From Gemmatimonadaceae bacterium (lineage in GTDB: Bacteria; Gemmatimonadota; Gemmatimonadetes; Gemmatimonadales; Gemmatimonadaceae): a stretch of DNA of 64,000 nt. This document shows, piece after piece, positions 9,276 through 18,037 of this stretch (the first letter of the stretch is position 1; each line of letters begins with the position of its first letter). The position numbers and the translations under genes are program-made. The DNA is taken from NCBI GenBank assembly GCA_022843265.1, contig JALHNZ010000003.1:64645-128644 (forward strand), read 5' to 3'. Below the pieces are notes generated by a model, which was given only the letters and a program-made list of their open reading frames with translations, did no database searches and was not told where the DNA came from.

Positions 9276-9368
9276 CGTCAATCAGACGCGGAGCGATTGA
9301 ACGAGCGGCGCGATTTTTTCATCCATTACGTCTCAGTGCCACCGACTGGCCGAGGTGAACGTATCCAT

Positions 9369-9842
9369 GTGTTGGTCCGCCCCAATCGGTCGCACGAAGG
9401 CGCTGCCTTGAGTACTGACACCATCGGCCAAGAGCCACTTCCGGCCGACGAAGCCAAGGCTCGTCGCGGTTTGGCGCACTTCAACGCGGCGCTTGGCTAC
9501 TCGCTCGCCGGATGGCGGCACGCCCTCAAGCATGAAGAGGCGATCCGGCAGGAGCTCGCCGTCGTCGGCGTGCTCACTGTCGCCTCCTTCTGGCTGCCGA
9601 TCGAGCCGCTCGAGCATCTCGTGCTCGTGCTGTCCATGGTGCTCGTGCTCGTCGTCGAACTGCTGAATTCCGCGCTTGAGGCAACGGTGGACCGCATTTC
9701 GCTCGTGCGGCATCCGCTCGCCGAACGAGCCAAGGACCTCGGCAGCGCGGCCGTGTTCACCAGTATTGGCATGGCCGCATTGACCTGGGCGGTGCTGGCA
9801 GGGCCGATCGCCTGGCAGTGGGTCAGAACGGCGACGCGCTGA
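9369..9842 (+). CDS. dgkA: Diacylglycerol kinase (DgkA family)
   Basis: ORF 9243..9842. The C-terminal 120 aa align with my recollection of E. coli DgkA (AALGYSLAGWRHALKHEEAIRQE, VELLNSALEATVDRIS, ERAKDLGSAAVF). The start is uncertain: GTG 9369, or TTG 9408 preceded by GAAGG at 9396-9400. Confidence 0.8.
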   Translation: MLVRPNRSHEGAALSTDTIGQEPLPADEAKARRGLAHFNAALGYSLAGWRHALKHEEAIRQELAVVGVLTVASFWLPIEPLEHLVLVLSMVLVLVVELLNSALEATVDRISLVRHPLAERAKDLGSAAVFTSIGMAALTWAVLAGPIAWQWVRTATR

Positions 9843-9945
9843 CCTGCACTCGGCTTGACGTCCCCGGTCCAAACAGCAACTTCGCAGCACCAGCGTGACA
9901 CCAGCCCGTGAACGGGATGAACAGCGATCGGTGAGGCGAGTCGAC

Positions 9946-10863
9946 ATGATGAGCACAGCCGGGAAGAGGATTCTGGTGATCGGAGCAACCGGCCAGCTTG
10001 GCGGAGCCGTGGCCAGGCGTTTGCTGGGTACTGGTCATCTCGTTCGCGCGCTCGGACGCAACCCGCAAAAACTTGCCGCGCTCGAAGCACTTGGCGCCGA
10101 GATAACTGCCGGTGATTTGCTCGATGCGAACTGTGTCATGAACGTGTGCGCTGATGTAGATCAGATTCTGACGACGGCGAACAACGCAATGGGCACGGGT
10201 GCGGCGAGTCCAAATCGCGTGGATCTTCGAGCGTACAAGAATGTGTGCCGTGCGGCGCGTGAACACCGCATATCGCGGATCGTGCACGTGTCCGCACAGG
10301 ACACGGGCGGCGCATCCTCACCCGTGGATTTTTTTCGCGTGAAGCACCAGGTCGACGAGCTCATCTGCGGGTCTCGTGTCCCGTGGGTCTTGCTCGCTCC
10401 AACAGTATTCATGGAAACGTGGATCGAGACGCTGATTGGCGACGCCGTACGGAAGGGCAAGCCGGTGATGTTATTTGGCGACGGCACGTCGCGCGCCAAC
10501 TTTATTGCCATCGATGATGTCGCCGAGTTCGCGCTACGAATTCTCGACGATCCGACCATTACAAACGAGGTGATCGACGTTGGTGGACCGAGCGTCTGTT
10601 CGTTTGCGGAGGTGACGACGCTGATCGAACGGCGTCTTGGTGCACCTGCCAAACGGCGACACATGCCCGTGCCGCTGCTTCGAGCGGGCTCGGTTGTGCT
10701 GCGGCCCTTCAGTGAAATCGGAGCCCGATTGATGGCGATGGGCTACTTCACGGCGACGTCAACGAACGCCTTCACCAACTGGCAACCGGCGGCGCAACGA
10801 TTTGGCGTGCAACCGATCACGGTCGAACAGTTTATCGAGAAGACGTTTGCCGTGCTGAGCTAG
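9946..10863 (+). CDS. NmrA-like / atypical SDR family NAD(P)-binding protein
   Basis: ORF 9895..10863. ATG 9946 gives MMSTAGKRILVIGATGQLGGAVARRLL, a Rossmann GxxGxxG motif. Length is ~305 aa. Confidence 0.75.
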   Translation: MMSTAGKRILVIGATGQLGGAVARRLLGTGHLVRALGRNPQKLAALEALGAEITAGDLLDANCVMNVCADVDQILTTANNAMGTGAASPNRVDLRAYKNVCRAAREHRISRIVHVSAQDTGGASSPVDFFRVKHQVDELICGSRVPWVLLAPTVFMETWIETLIGDAVRKGKPVMLFGDGTSRANFIAIDDVAEFALRILDDPTITNEVIDVGGPSVCSFAEVTTLIERRLGAPAKRRHMPVPLLRAGSVVLRPFSEIGARLMAMGYFTATSTNAFTNWQPAAQRFGVQPITVEQFIEKTFAVLS

Positions 10864-11049
10864 CTCGCGCTCGACCGTGCTCGGTTCTTCACGGTGCGCA
10901 ACGTAGTCGATCGGACGGACTAGGCGCTTTGGCTAATACGCTGCGGCGCGAACGCGCGCTACACTCCTGAAGAGTCCGATCTCGCTGTGGACCGTTGCGA
11001 CACTCTTGTCGCCCTTCATCGCGGGACAGCTCGCAACAGGAGCTACCAC

Positions 11050-11214
11050 ATGCCAACGATTTACATCGGCGCAGGCGTCAGTCTTGCGGGAATTCTTTTA
11101 CTCGCCGCCATGTGGCTTTCGAGCCGCGGCGGAGATGTTCGGTCGAGTCGTGATCCGGGGTATACACGTGATCGTGATGATCGCCTTGATGCCCAGACGC
11201 GTCGGACCATTTGA
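11050..11214 (+). CDS. Hypothetical small single-TM protein
   Basis: Part of ORF 10987..11214. ATG 11050 is preceded by AGGAG at 11038-11042 (7-nt spacing). The product MPTIYIGAGVSLAGILLLAAMWLSS has a charged tail. Confidence 0.4.
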   Translation: MPTIYIGAGVSLAGILLLAAMWLSSRGGDVRSSRDPGYTRDRDDRLDAQTRRTI

Positions 11215-11257
11215 TTGACGGATCGCTGCCGATGCAAGCGTCGCGGTGTTCGCACGC

Positions 11258-11296
11258 AGCGCGCGGCGGTGCGGCATTGTCCGCGCACCGCGCGCT
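11258..11296. terminator. GC-rich hairpin between convergent genes (candidate bidirectional terminator)
   Basis: The outer 9-bp stem pairs agcgcgcgg (11258-11266) with ccgcgcgct (11288-11296). There is additional inner pairing around the loop cattgt. No clear U-tract. Confidence 0.35.
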
Positions 11297-11307
11297 TCAG
11301 CAGCGAG

Positions 11308-13815
11308 TCATACCGCAATCACGTGCTTTGCTAAATACGGCGCGGTCAAGCTTGTAGGTGACGTCGCCACAGTTGCCGGAGTTCCCGTAGCAACAATCCG
11401 GCCGCCATCTTCTCCCGCGCCGGGCCCGAGATCAATGATCCAGTCACTGCTCGCGGCCGAGAACATATCGTGCTCAACCATGACCACGGTGTTGCCAGCA
11501 TCTACCAGTTGATGCAGGTGCGTGAGTAGCCGGTCAACATCTTCCGGATGCAGCCCCGTTGTTGGCTCATCAAGCACGTACAGTGTCGATCCTCGGGACA
11601 CACGCTTGAGTTCGCGCGCCAGCTTGATGCGCTGGGCTTCGCCTCCGGAAAGTTCAGTGGCTGGCTGTCCCAGTCGCAGGTAACCAAGCCCTACTTCCTG
11701 CAGCACAACGAGAGCGTGCAAAAGCAACGGATCGTCGCTGAAAAACGTGGTGGCTTCGTCTACCGTCAAGTGCAACACGTCGGCGATCGTCTTGTCGCGC
11801 AGGCGGACGTCCAGCGTTTGCGCGTTGTATCGCGAGCCGCCACACTCCGGACATGGTGAGTACACGCCAGGGAGAAAGAGCAGCTCAACAAACACGGCGC
11901 CTTGCCCTTCGCAGCGCGCACAGCGCCCCTTGGCCACGTTGAACGAGAACCGGCCGGCTGTGTAGCGTCGAGACTTTGCCAAGGGTGTCTCTGCGAACAA
12001 TCGACGCACAATGTCAAAGAGTCCGGTGTATGTAGCGAGATTGGATCGTGGCGTACGACCGATGGGTCGCTGATCGACCTGTACCAACCGCTTGATACGC
12101 GACGGATCAAATGTGACCGACCCGCGTGCCACGGTGAATGCACTGTCCGTCAACACTTCGTCTGGATCCGGCTGAATCACCTCTCGGCCGACCACATCGC
12201 CCACGAGTTGCGTGAGGGCATGCGTGACCAGACTGGACTTCCCGGATCCCGACACGCCAGTAACGGTGGTCAGCATGCCAATTGGGAATGACACGCTGAG
12301 ATCTTCAATGTTGTTGCACGTGACATCGTGCAACTCGATAAACGAATCTGTCGTGCGCACGCTCGGGTGATTGGCGCGCGTGTCGTTGAACAGGTGGCGC
12401 GCCGTCGCGGATTGATCGACCGACTGCAGGCCGTGCACTGGGCCGCTGTACAGCACGTTCCCGCCGTACTGACCCGCACCCGGTCCGACGTCCACCACCC
12501 AATCGGCACGGCGAATCACATCGAGTTCATGCTCAACCACAAACAATGAGTTGCCGGCCGCAATAAGTCGAGTGAACGCGCGCAACAAGGCCTCGGTGTC
12601 CGCCGGATGCAATCCCGCGGAGGGCTCATCGAGCACGTACACCACACCAAACAGGTTGGAGTGTATTTGCGTCGCCAGCCGCAACCGCTGCAGTTCACCA
12701 GGAGAAAGGGTGGGCGCCACGCGCTCGGGCGTGAGATAGCCCAGTCCCAGATCGAGCAATGCGCGCAGCCGTGATTGCATCTCGGGCACAATGCGACCGA
12801 TCACGGCTGCATGCTCCGCGTCTGTTGCCTGCGCCAGCGCATCGTGTTCGTCTAACAAGGTGTTCAAGCGATGCACCGGCAACCGCGCGAAGTCGGCAAT
12901 GTCGATGCCGGCAAACTTGACCTGCAGCGCCTCGCGCCGCAGCCGTTTTCCGCCACAGGCTTTACACGGGCGACTGATTAAATGTGCAGCTGCGCGCCGC
13001 CGGTGGTGCACGCTGCTGCTGTTTGCGAAGGTGTGCAACACATGGCGCTTGGCGCTGGTGAACGTGCCCATGTAACTGGGTTCGTCCTTCCGCCGCATGG
13101 CCTGCTTGACTTCCTTGCTGCTGAACCCCGCGTACACCGGAACTTGCGGCTGCTCATCCGTGAAGAGCAGCCAGCGTCGGTCGGCCGCCAAGAGACTCTT
13201 GAATGGCACGTCGATATCAAAGCCGAGCGTCACTGAAATATCGCGCAGGTTCTGTCCGTGCCATGCCACCGGCCACGCGGAGATCGCGCCCTCGCGAATG
13301 CTGAGCGATGGGTCGGGCACGAGGGATCGTTCGGTGACGGTGTGCACCTGGCCTTGTCCGCGACACGCGGGGCAGGCGCCCGCCGGGGTATTGGCGGAAA
13401 AATCGTCGGCGTGCAACGTAGCCGCGCCACGCGGATATTCGCCGGCGCGAGAATACAGCATGCGCACCAGATTCGAGATCGTCGTGATGCTGCCCACCGA
13501 AGAGCGCGGCGTTGCGGTTCCGCGCTGTTGTTGCAGCGCGATCGCGGGCGGCATGCCGTCCACCGAATCCACGTCTGGTGTGCCCAACTGATCAAACAGA
13601 CGTCGTGCGTACGGCGCTACGGATTCGAGATACCGTCGCTGAGCTTCGGCGTAGAGCGTGGCAAAGACAAGCGAGGATTTGCCAGATCCAGACACCCCGG
13701 TGAACACCACCAGCGCGTCGCGCGGAACGTCAACGTCCACGTTCCGAAGGTTGTGCTCGCGCGCACCTCGGATGGTGACGAAACCCGGTGTTGGGCCGAT
13801 CGGATCGTTGTGCAT
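11308..13815 (-). CDS. UvrA-like ABC ATPase, probable class II UvrA paralogue (UvrA2/DrrC-like)
   Basis: 835 aa with two ABC ATPase modules (GVSGSGKSSLVF and GVSGSGKSSLV Walker A; LSGGEAQRIKLA and LSPGELQRLRLA signatures). Zinc modules are CPACRGQG, CKACGGKR, CARCEGQG and CPECGG. It is shorter than canonical UvrA (about 940 aa). Confidence 0.8.
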   Translation of the reverse strand: MHNDPIGPTPGFVTIRGAREHNLRNVDVDVPRDALVVFTGVSGSGKSSLVFATLYAEAQRRYLESVAPYARRLFDQLGTPDVDSVDGMPPAIALQQQRGTATPRSSVGSITTISNLVRMLYSRAGEYPRGAATLHADDFSANTPAGACPACRGQGQVHTVTERSLVPDPSLSIREGAISAWPVAWHGQNLRDISVTLGFDIDVPFKSLLAADRRWLLFTDEQPQVPVYAGFSSKEVKQAMRRKDEPSYMGTFTSAKRHVLHTFANSSSVHHRRRAAAHLISRPCKACGGKRLRREALQVKFAGIDIADFARLPVHRLNTLLDEHDALAQATDAEHAAVIGRIVPEMQSRLRALLDLGLGYLTPERVAPTLSPGELQRLRLATQIHSNLFGVVYVLDEPSAGLHPADTEALLRAFTRLIAAGNSLFVVEHELDVIRRADWVVDVGPGAGQYGGNVLYSGPVHGLQSVDQSATARHLFNDTRANHPSVRTTDSFIELHDVTCNNIEDLSVSFPIGMLTTVTGVSGSGKSSLVTHALTQLVGDVVGREVIQPDPDEVLTDSAFTVARGSVTFDPSRIKRLVQVDQRPIGRTPRSNLATYTGLFDIVRRLFAETPLAKSRRYTAGRFSFNVAKGRCARCEGQGAVFVELLFLPGVYSPCPECGGSRYNAQTLDVRLRDKTIADVLHLTVDEATTFFSDDPLLLHALVVLQEVGLGYLRLGQPATELSGGEAQRIKLARELKRVSRGSTLYVLDEPTTGLHPEDVDRLLTHLHQLVDAGNTVVMVEHDMFSAASSDWIIDLGPGAGEDGGRIVATGTPATVATSPTSLTAPYLAKHVIAV

Positions 13816-13908
13816 CTCGCTTTGAGAATAGCACCCAAGTGATCGACGCGGCGATCCTGCGAAGGGATGATTTTATTGGCGCATGCTCTCGTGCCCGACC
13901 GATGACGC

Positions 13909-14895
13909 CTACTGGTGCATCTCCACCGCGATATTGCCCCGTTTCCGTCCCGTCTCCACGCGCGCGTGGGCTTCTGCAATGCGATCGAGTGGATAGCACG
14001 AGTCGATCATGGGTGTGAAACGCCCATCTGCCGCAATGGTCACGAGAGTTCGCAGATCCTCCGCGCGTTCCAGGGCCGGGCCGGCAATGATGCGATGCGT
14101 CGATGTTGTATTTACCCACGGGGCACGAAGCATCTCGGGAAGCGTGGCCAGCACCAACAACAATCGTCCACGCGGCGTAAGCGAATAGCGTACCCGCGCG
14201 TACGGCGCGTTGCCAACCGTGTCCACAATCACGTCGTACTGAATCCCTTCCAGTGCGAAGTCTGCGCGTGTGTAGTCGACAACGCGAGTCGCGCCGAGCT
14301 GCCTCATGACCTCGACGTTCGCACCGCTGCACACCGCCGTGACGTACGCGCCGGTGGCGACCGCGAGTTGCACCATCGCCGAACCGACAGCTCCCGACGC
14401 ACCGTTGATCAGCACGCGCTCGCCAGCGCGCAGCGTGGCGCGCCGGAAAAAATCCAGCGCGGTGGTGCCGCCAAACGCGAGCGCGGCGGCTGTGATGTAC
14501 GAAAGCGCTGCTGGCTTCGGTACCACGACAGTGTTGGCGTTCACGCAGCAGTACTCCGCGTGCGCACCAAGCTTTGCGCCGCGAAATGCCACCACCGCGT
14601 CGCCCACCGCAAAGTTGCGTACCGCGGCACCGATCGCGACGATATCGCCAGCCAGCTCACTGCCGAGAATCGGTTGACGCGGCACGCCAAAACCGAACGC
14701 GAGTTTTCCGGCGAACCCGAAACCGTACGGCATGCTGGCACTGCGAATCCGCCAGTCAGCCGACGACACCGTTGTGGCGCGCACGCGAACGAGCAGATCG
14801 TTCGGCCCGGGAATCGGTCGTGGCAGGTGCTCGATGGTCACCACATCGGGTGGACCGTAGCGTTGGACAACGGCCGCTTTCATCTGTGAGGTCAT
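13909..14895 (-). CDS. NAD(P)H:quinone oxidoreductase / zinc-type alcohol dehydrogenase family (MDR superfamily)
   Basis: ORF 13909..14925. I chose ATG 14893-14895, 2 nt after the stop of the upstream OMP gene. The sequence has MKAAVVQRYGPPDVV, the GASGAVGS Rossmann motif, and ends HARVETGRKRGNIAVEM. Confidence 0.8.
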   Translation of the reverse strand: MTSQMKAAVVQRYGPPDVVTIEHLPRPIPGPNDLLVRVRATTVSSADWRIRSASMPYGFGFAGKLAFGFGVPRQPILGSELAGDIVAIGAAVRNFAVGDAVVAFRGAKLGAHAEYCCVNANTVVVPKPAALSYITAAALAFGGTTALDFFRRATLRAGERVLINGASGAVGSAMVQLAVATGAYVTAVCSGANVEVMRQLGATRVVDYTRADFALEGIQYDVIVDTVGNAPYARVRYSLTPRGRLLLVLATLPEMLRAPWVNTTSTHRIIAGPALERAEDLRTLVTIAADGRFTPMIDSCYPLDRIAEAHARVETGRKRGNIAVEMHQ

Positions 14896-14897
14896 CG

Positions 14898-15638
14898 TCA
14901 CGGCGTTGGTGGCTTCCGTCTCCATGGGAGCGCGGTCGTGACTCCAATCTTGAACGCAAGAAGGTCGGCCTCGGAGCGTTTGATGTCAAAGCCGAGCGAG
15001 CCGTCGGGCTGGTCCGTGAGTCCGCCCTTGATGAGATACTCACGACGACCATTGCCCTGATACGCGACACCCAGATCAATCGACGTACTCGCACGCACCG
15101 GGACCTCGATGCCTACGCCGCCGCTCCAGGCCAGACCAGCATCGCCGAAGTTTTCATCGGCGGCCACGAGATCCGGGAGGATGCCGCCGCCGAGTCCGCT
15201 CACCGTGGCAAAGCGGCTCACGCCGATCAGACCATAGCCGTAGGTGCGAACTCGCCCAAGCGGGAGAGCGATCTGTGGCCCGACGCCGAACGAGACGATA
15301 CCGTTCGCGGTGGTAACGTTGACGGCCACGCGACAGCTCGGCGTGGTACCCAGGCAACTGCGCTGGCTCGCGTGCCCGTAGTTCAGCCAGCCGCCCTGGA
15401 GGCGGAGCGAGGCGAGACCGTACCGGTCGAGCCGCAGCAGCACATGCGCTTGCAAGCCTGCGGCGTTGTTGACGTTCTGTTTGAAATCGCCGACCGGCTG
15501 GCCGACATCAGCGGCCAGACCAATGTGCCAGCGCGGTATGACGATGGCGCTGGTGTCTGCGCCTTGCGGTCCTTCCTGTCCGGAAGCGGGGGCCGCGAGA
15601 GCCAGGAGCCCGGCGAGGGCGGTGATGTAGTGACGCAT
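14898..15638 (-). CDS. Putative outer-membrane beta-barrel protein
   Basis: Signal peptide MRHYITALAGLLALAAPASGQ. Alternating hydrophobic beta-strand patterns and Gly/aromatic-rich segments (YGYGLIGVSRF, GLAWSGGVGIEV, DLGVAYQG). Confidence 0.55.
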   Translation of the reverse strand: MRHYITALAGLLALAAPASGQEGPQGADTSAIVIPRWHIGLAADVGQPVGDFKQNVNNAAGLQAHVLLRLDRYGLASLRLQGGWLNYGHASQRSCLGTTPSCRVAVNVTTANGIVSFGVGPQIALPLGRVRTYGYGLIGVSRFATVSGLGGGILPDLVAADENFGDAGLAWSGGVGIEVPVRASTSIDLGVAYQGNGRREYLIKGGLTDQPDGSLGFDIKRSEADLLAFKIGVTTALPWRRKPPTP

Positions 15639-15666
15639 ACAGGGTGCAAAAGAGGGAAAACATGAA

Positions 15667-15698
15667 CTTACAGTGTACGACAGAACGTACGCTGTAAG
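15667..15698. promoter_or_regulatory. Candidate TetR operator (13-bp inverted repeat, 12/13 matches, 6-bp spacer)
   Basis: cttacagtgtacg (15667-15679) and cgtacgctgtaag (15686-15698) flank the spacer acagaa. The site lies in the 124-bp divergent region between the OMP-operon start (15638) and the TetR start (15763). Confidence 0.45.
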
Positions 15699-15762
15699 GT
15701 TAGCGCGGTCAAGCGCAATCGTCAGCTTGCCTTACTCCGTCAGTCGCTGTAGTGTCACACGC

Positions 15763-16416
15763 ATGCCCTCACCACGACGCGCGCCCCTGAGCCGCGATCG
15801 CATCTTGCGCGCCGCCATCAAGCTTGCAGACCGGCACGGTCTTGAGGCGCTGTCCATGCGACGCCTGGCCACGACACTCAAAGTCGAAGCAATGTCGCTG
15901 TACAACTACGTCGAGAATAAGGACGATCTGCTCGACGGCATGGTGGACGTGATCCTCGGTGAGATCATGCTGCCTACGCGAGGTGGTGATTGGAAAGCGG
16001 CGATGCGAGCGCGCGCGACATCGGCACTGGCCGTGATGACGACGCATCCGTGGGCGCCAATGCTCGTCGTATCGCGCATCAGTGTTGGTCCCAACAGGCT
16101 CAGCTACATCGATGCCACACTGGGCACGCTGCGCGAGGCCGGACTGTCGTGGTCGGAGACGGATCGCGCGTGGAACGCGATGGACAACTACATCTATGGC
16201 TTTGCGTTGCAGCAGCAGAACTTTCCGATAAATCCGGAAGACTATGCGTCAGCGGCGGCCAGCTACCTGCCGATGTTGCCCGCCGATCTGTACCCCTACA
16301 TGTACGAACTGTCCGCGCGTGTGGCAGACGGTTCGTATGATGGGATGCACGACTTCTCGTTTGGACTGGAACTGATCCTCGACGGATTGGAACGGCTGCG
16401 CAACGCACGCGGGTAG
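15763..16416 (+). CDS. TetR/AcrR family transcriptional regulator (TetR-C type C-terminal domain)
   Basis: ORF 15673..16416, ATG 15763. The HTH region is LSRDRILRAAIKLADRHGLEALSMRRLATTLKVEAMSLYNYVENKDDLL. Confidence 0.85.
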   Translation: MPSPRRAPLSRDRILRAAIKLADRHGLEALSMRRLATTLKVEAMSLYNYVENKDDLLDGMVDVILGEIMLPTRGGDWKAAMRARATSALAVMTTHPWAPMLVVSRISVGPNRLSYIDATLGTLREAGLSWSETDRAWNAMDNYIYGFALQQQNFPINPEDYASAAASYLPMLPADLYPYMYELSARVADGSYDGMHDFSFGLELILDGLERLRNARG

Positions 16417-16471
16417 GAGTGGCCCGCGTTATCGCGCAGCTGTGCCTCGCTGTAGCACAGACGCTGGCGGC

Positions 16472-16891
16472 TCATCGGATGGTGATGGATGCGGACGCGA
16501 TCTGCCCTCGGTCAGTCGCGACTACCAGCCGATACACACCAGCGTCAGCGATCGCCGCAGTGCCGTGGCGCGTGGCGCCGGGTTGAACCACGACCGCGCC
16601 GACAGGGAAGATTCCAAGGCACCCGCCGCCGCCATACACATCCCAACGTGTTCCGGACCGGCGTTCAACAGCAGGCGATGCGTCGTCACCGCAGCTGTTG
16701 GTGATGCGCAGCGCGGCGGTGCCGTCGTTCACGATCGTGTACGCGACGGCTGCGGCGGTGTTGGCTGCACGGGTGTACTCCGTTGCGCTGGTGCGAATGG
16801 CGATATCGCGATCAGGCTGCGTCGACGACCCGCAGGCGCTGCCAGCAAACGTCGCCAACGCAATCGTGCCGAGCACGCGTGTTGTAAACAT
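16472..16891 (-). CDS. Hypothetical lipoprotein
   Basis: ORF 16472..17068. ATG 16889-16891 gives MFTTRVLGTIALATFAGSAC (lipobox). The mature part is small and beta-rich. I recognised no family. Confidence 0.5.
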   Translation of the reverse strand: MFTTRVLGTIALATFAGSACGSSTQPDRDIAIRTSATEYTRAANTAAAVAYTIVNDGTAALRITNSCGDDASPAVERRSGTRWDVYGGGGCLGIFPVGAVVVQPGATRHGTAAIADAGVYRLVVATDRGQIASASITIR

Positions 16892-17149
16892 GGAGCACCT
16901 CACAAGCGTCTGGCGTGGAAAAGAAGCAGGCTTGTGTGTGATACACGCGACAACGCTGGTATGTCGCAGTGCGTGATATCGTCCTCCAGAAATCTGTGGA
17001 ATCGCTGATCGGTCAGGCGCAGGTCGAGCAGTGCAATTGAGCCACTCAGGCCTGCGTTTCCGCCTCATTCAGTGACGAGGATAAGATCGCCTCGGTCGCC
17101 CGACGTCGCCATGTGGCGCGTCAGCTCACCACGTTCACTGGAGATTGTC

Positions 17150-17803
17150 ATGCACGCGAACATTGTTTCACCGCACGCGGTTCGATACTCGCGCCTGTTG
17201 CTTGCCGCCGGTGCGCTGTTGGTCTCCGCCTGCGCGGGCGATCCGTCGGTGCCAAGCGGTCCCGACGCGGTTGCGCGTCGCAATGCCAGCGCAAATACGC
17301 AGGCCAGTGTGAATGCCGGTGTGAATGCACAAGGGACGTCCAACGCGAAACTGAACAAGGACCTGGCCGCGCTTCGAAGCGCCATGTCGCGACATCACAA
17401 CTTCGAGTATGCGCGCGATGAGGCCCAGTACAACTTCCTCTTCATGGACATGTGCATGGTCGATGACTCCGAAGAAAATCTTGGGGGCATGGGCCTGCAC
17501 TACGTGAACCTCGGCCTGCTCGATACCGAACTCGACGTGACGAAGCCCGAAGCGCTGCTCTACGAGCCTGGCCCTGGTGGCAAGCTGGTACTCGTCGCCG
17601 TGGAATACGCCATCCCGGCTGACCAGTGGACCAAGGATGAGCCACCGGTGCTCTTTGGTCAGGAACTCAAGGTCAACAGCTTCAACCTTTACGCCTTGCA
17701 TGTGTGGCCGTGGAAGAACAACCCACTTGGCGTGTTCGCGCCGTGGAATCCACGCGTGTCGTGCGAGTACTGGAATGCGGGCCACTCGGGTGTTCATCGC
17801 TAA
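17150..17803 (+). CDS. Hypothetical lipoprotein
   Basis: ORF 17072..17803. ATG 17150 is preceded by GGAGA at 17140-17144. The signal ends ..LLLAAGALLVSAC. I recognised no family. Confidence 0.55.
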   Translation: MHANIVSPHAVRYSRLLLAAGALLVSACAGDPSVPSGPDAVARRNASANTQASVNAGVNAQGTSNAKLNKDLAALRSAMSRHHNFEYARDEAQYNFLFMDMCMVDDSEENLGGMGLHYVNLGLLDTELDVTKPEALLYEPGPGGKLVLVAVEYAIPADQWTKDEPPVLFGQELKVNSFNLYALHVWPWKNNPLGVFAPWNPRVSCEYWNAGHSGVHR

Positions 17804-17823
17804 GCAACACCGCGATGCACGAA

Positions 17824-17846
17824 CCGCCGCTGATCATCAGCGGCGG
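17824..17846 (+). terminator. Perfect 23-nt palindrome (11-bp GC-rich stem) 20 nt after the stop codon
   Basis: ccgccgctgat c atcagcggcgg at 17824-17846, directly downstream of the 17150..17803 gene. The following sequence gctctgttcg is only weakly T-rich. Confidence 0.4.
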
Positions 17847-18037
17847 GCTCTGTTCGCCGTCGCATCAGTGCCTGTTGCCATCACGGACGTGGATGGGCCG
17901 ATACGGTCGCAGGTGTTTGCGCTTCGGGTACATGATGGCCATGTTTTCCCCCAGCGTCGTGCGTGAACGCGCCGGCGTGCGCGTTCTGCACAGATCAACG
18001 ATCCGTACGCGTGTCTCCGCCTCCACCTCACATTCGC

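Noticed and set aside
13915-15665. 324-aa and 363-aa plus-strand ORFs (13915..14889 and 14574..15665)
   Set aside because: Both are antisense to the MDR oxidoreductase and OMP genes, which have clear family signatures. Their composition is Arg-rich and low-complexity, so they are shadow ORFs.
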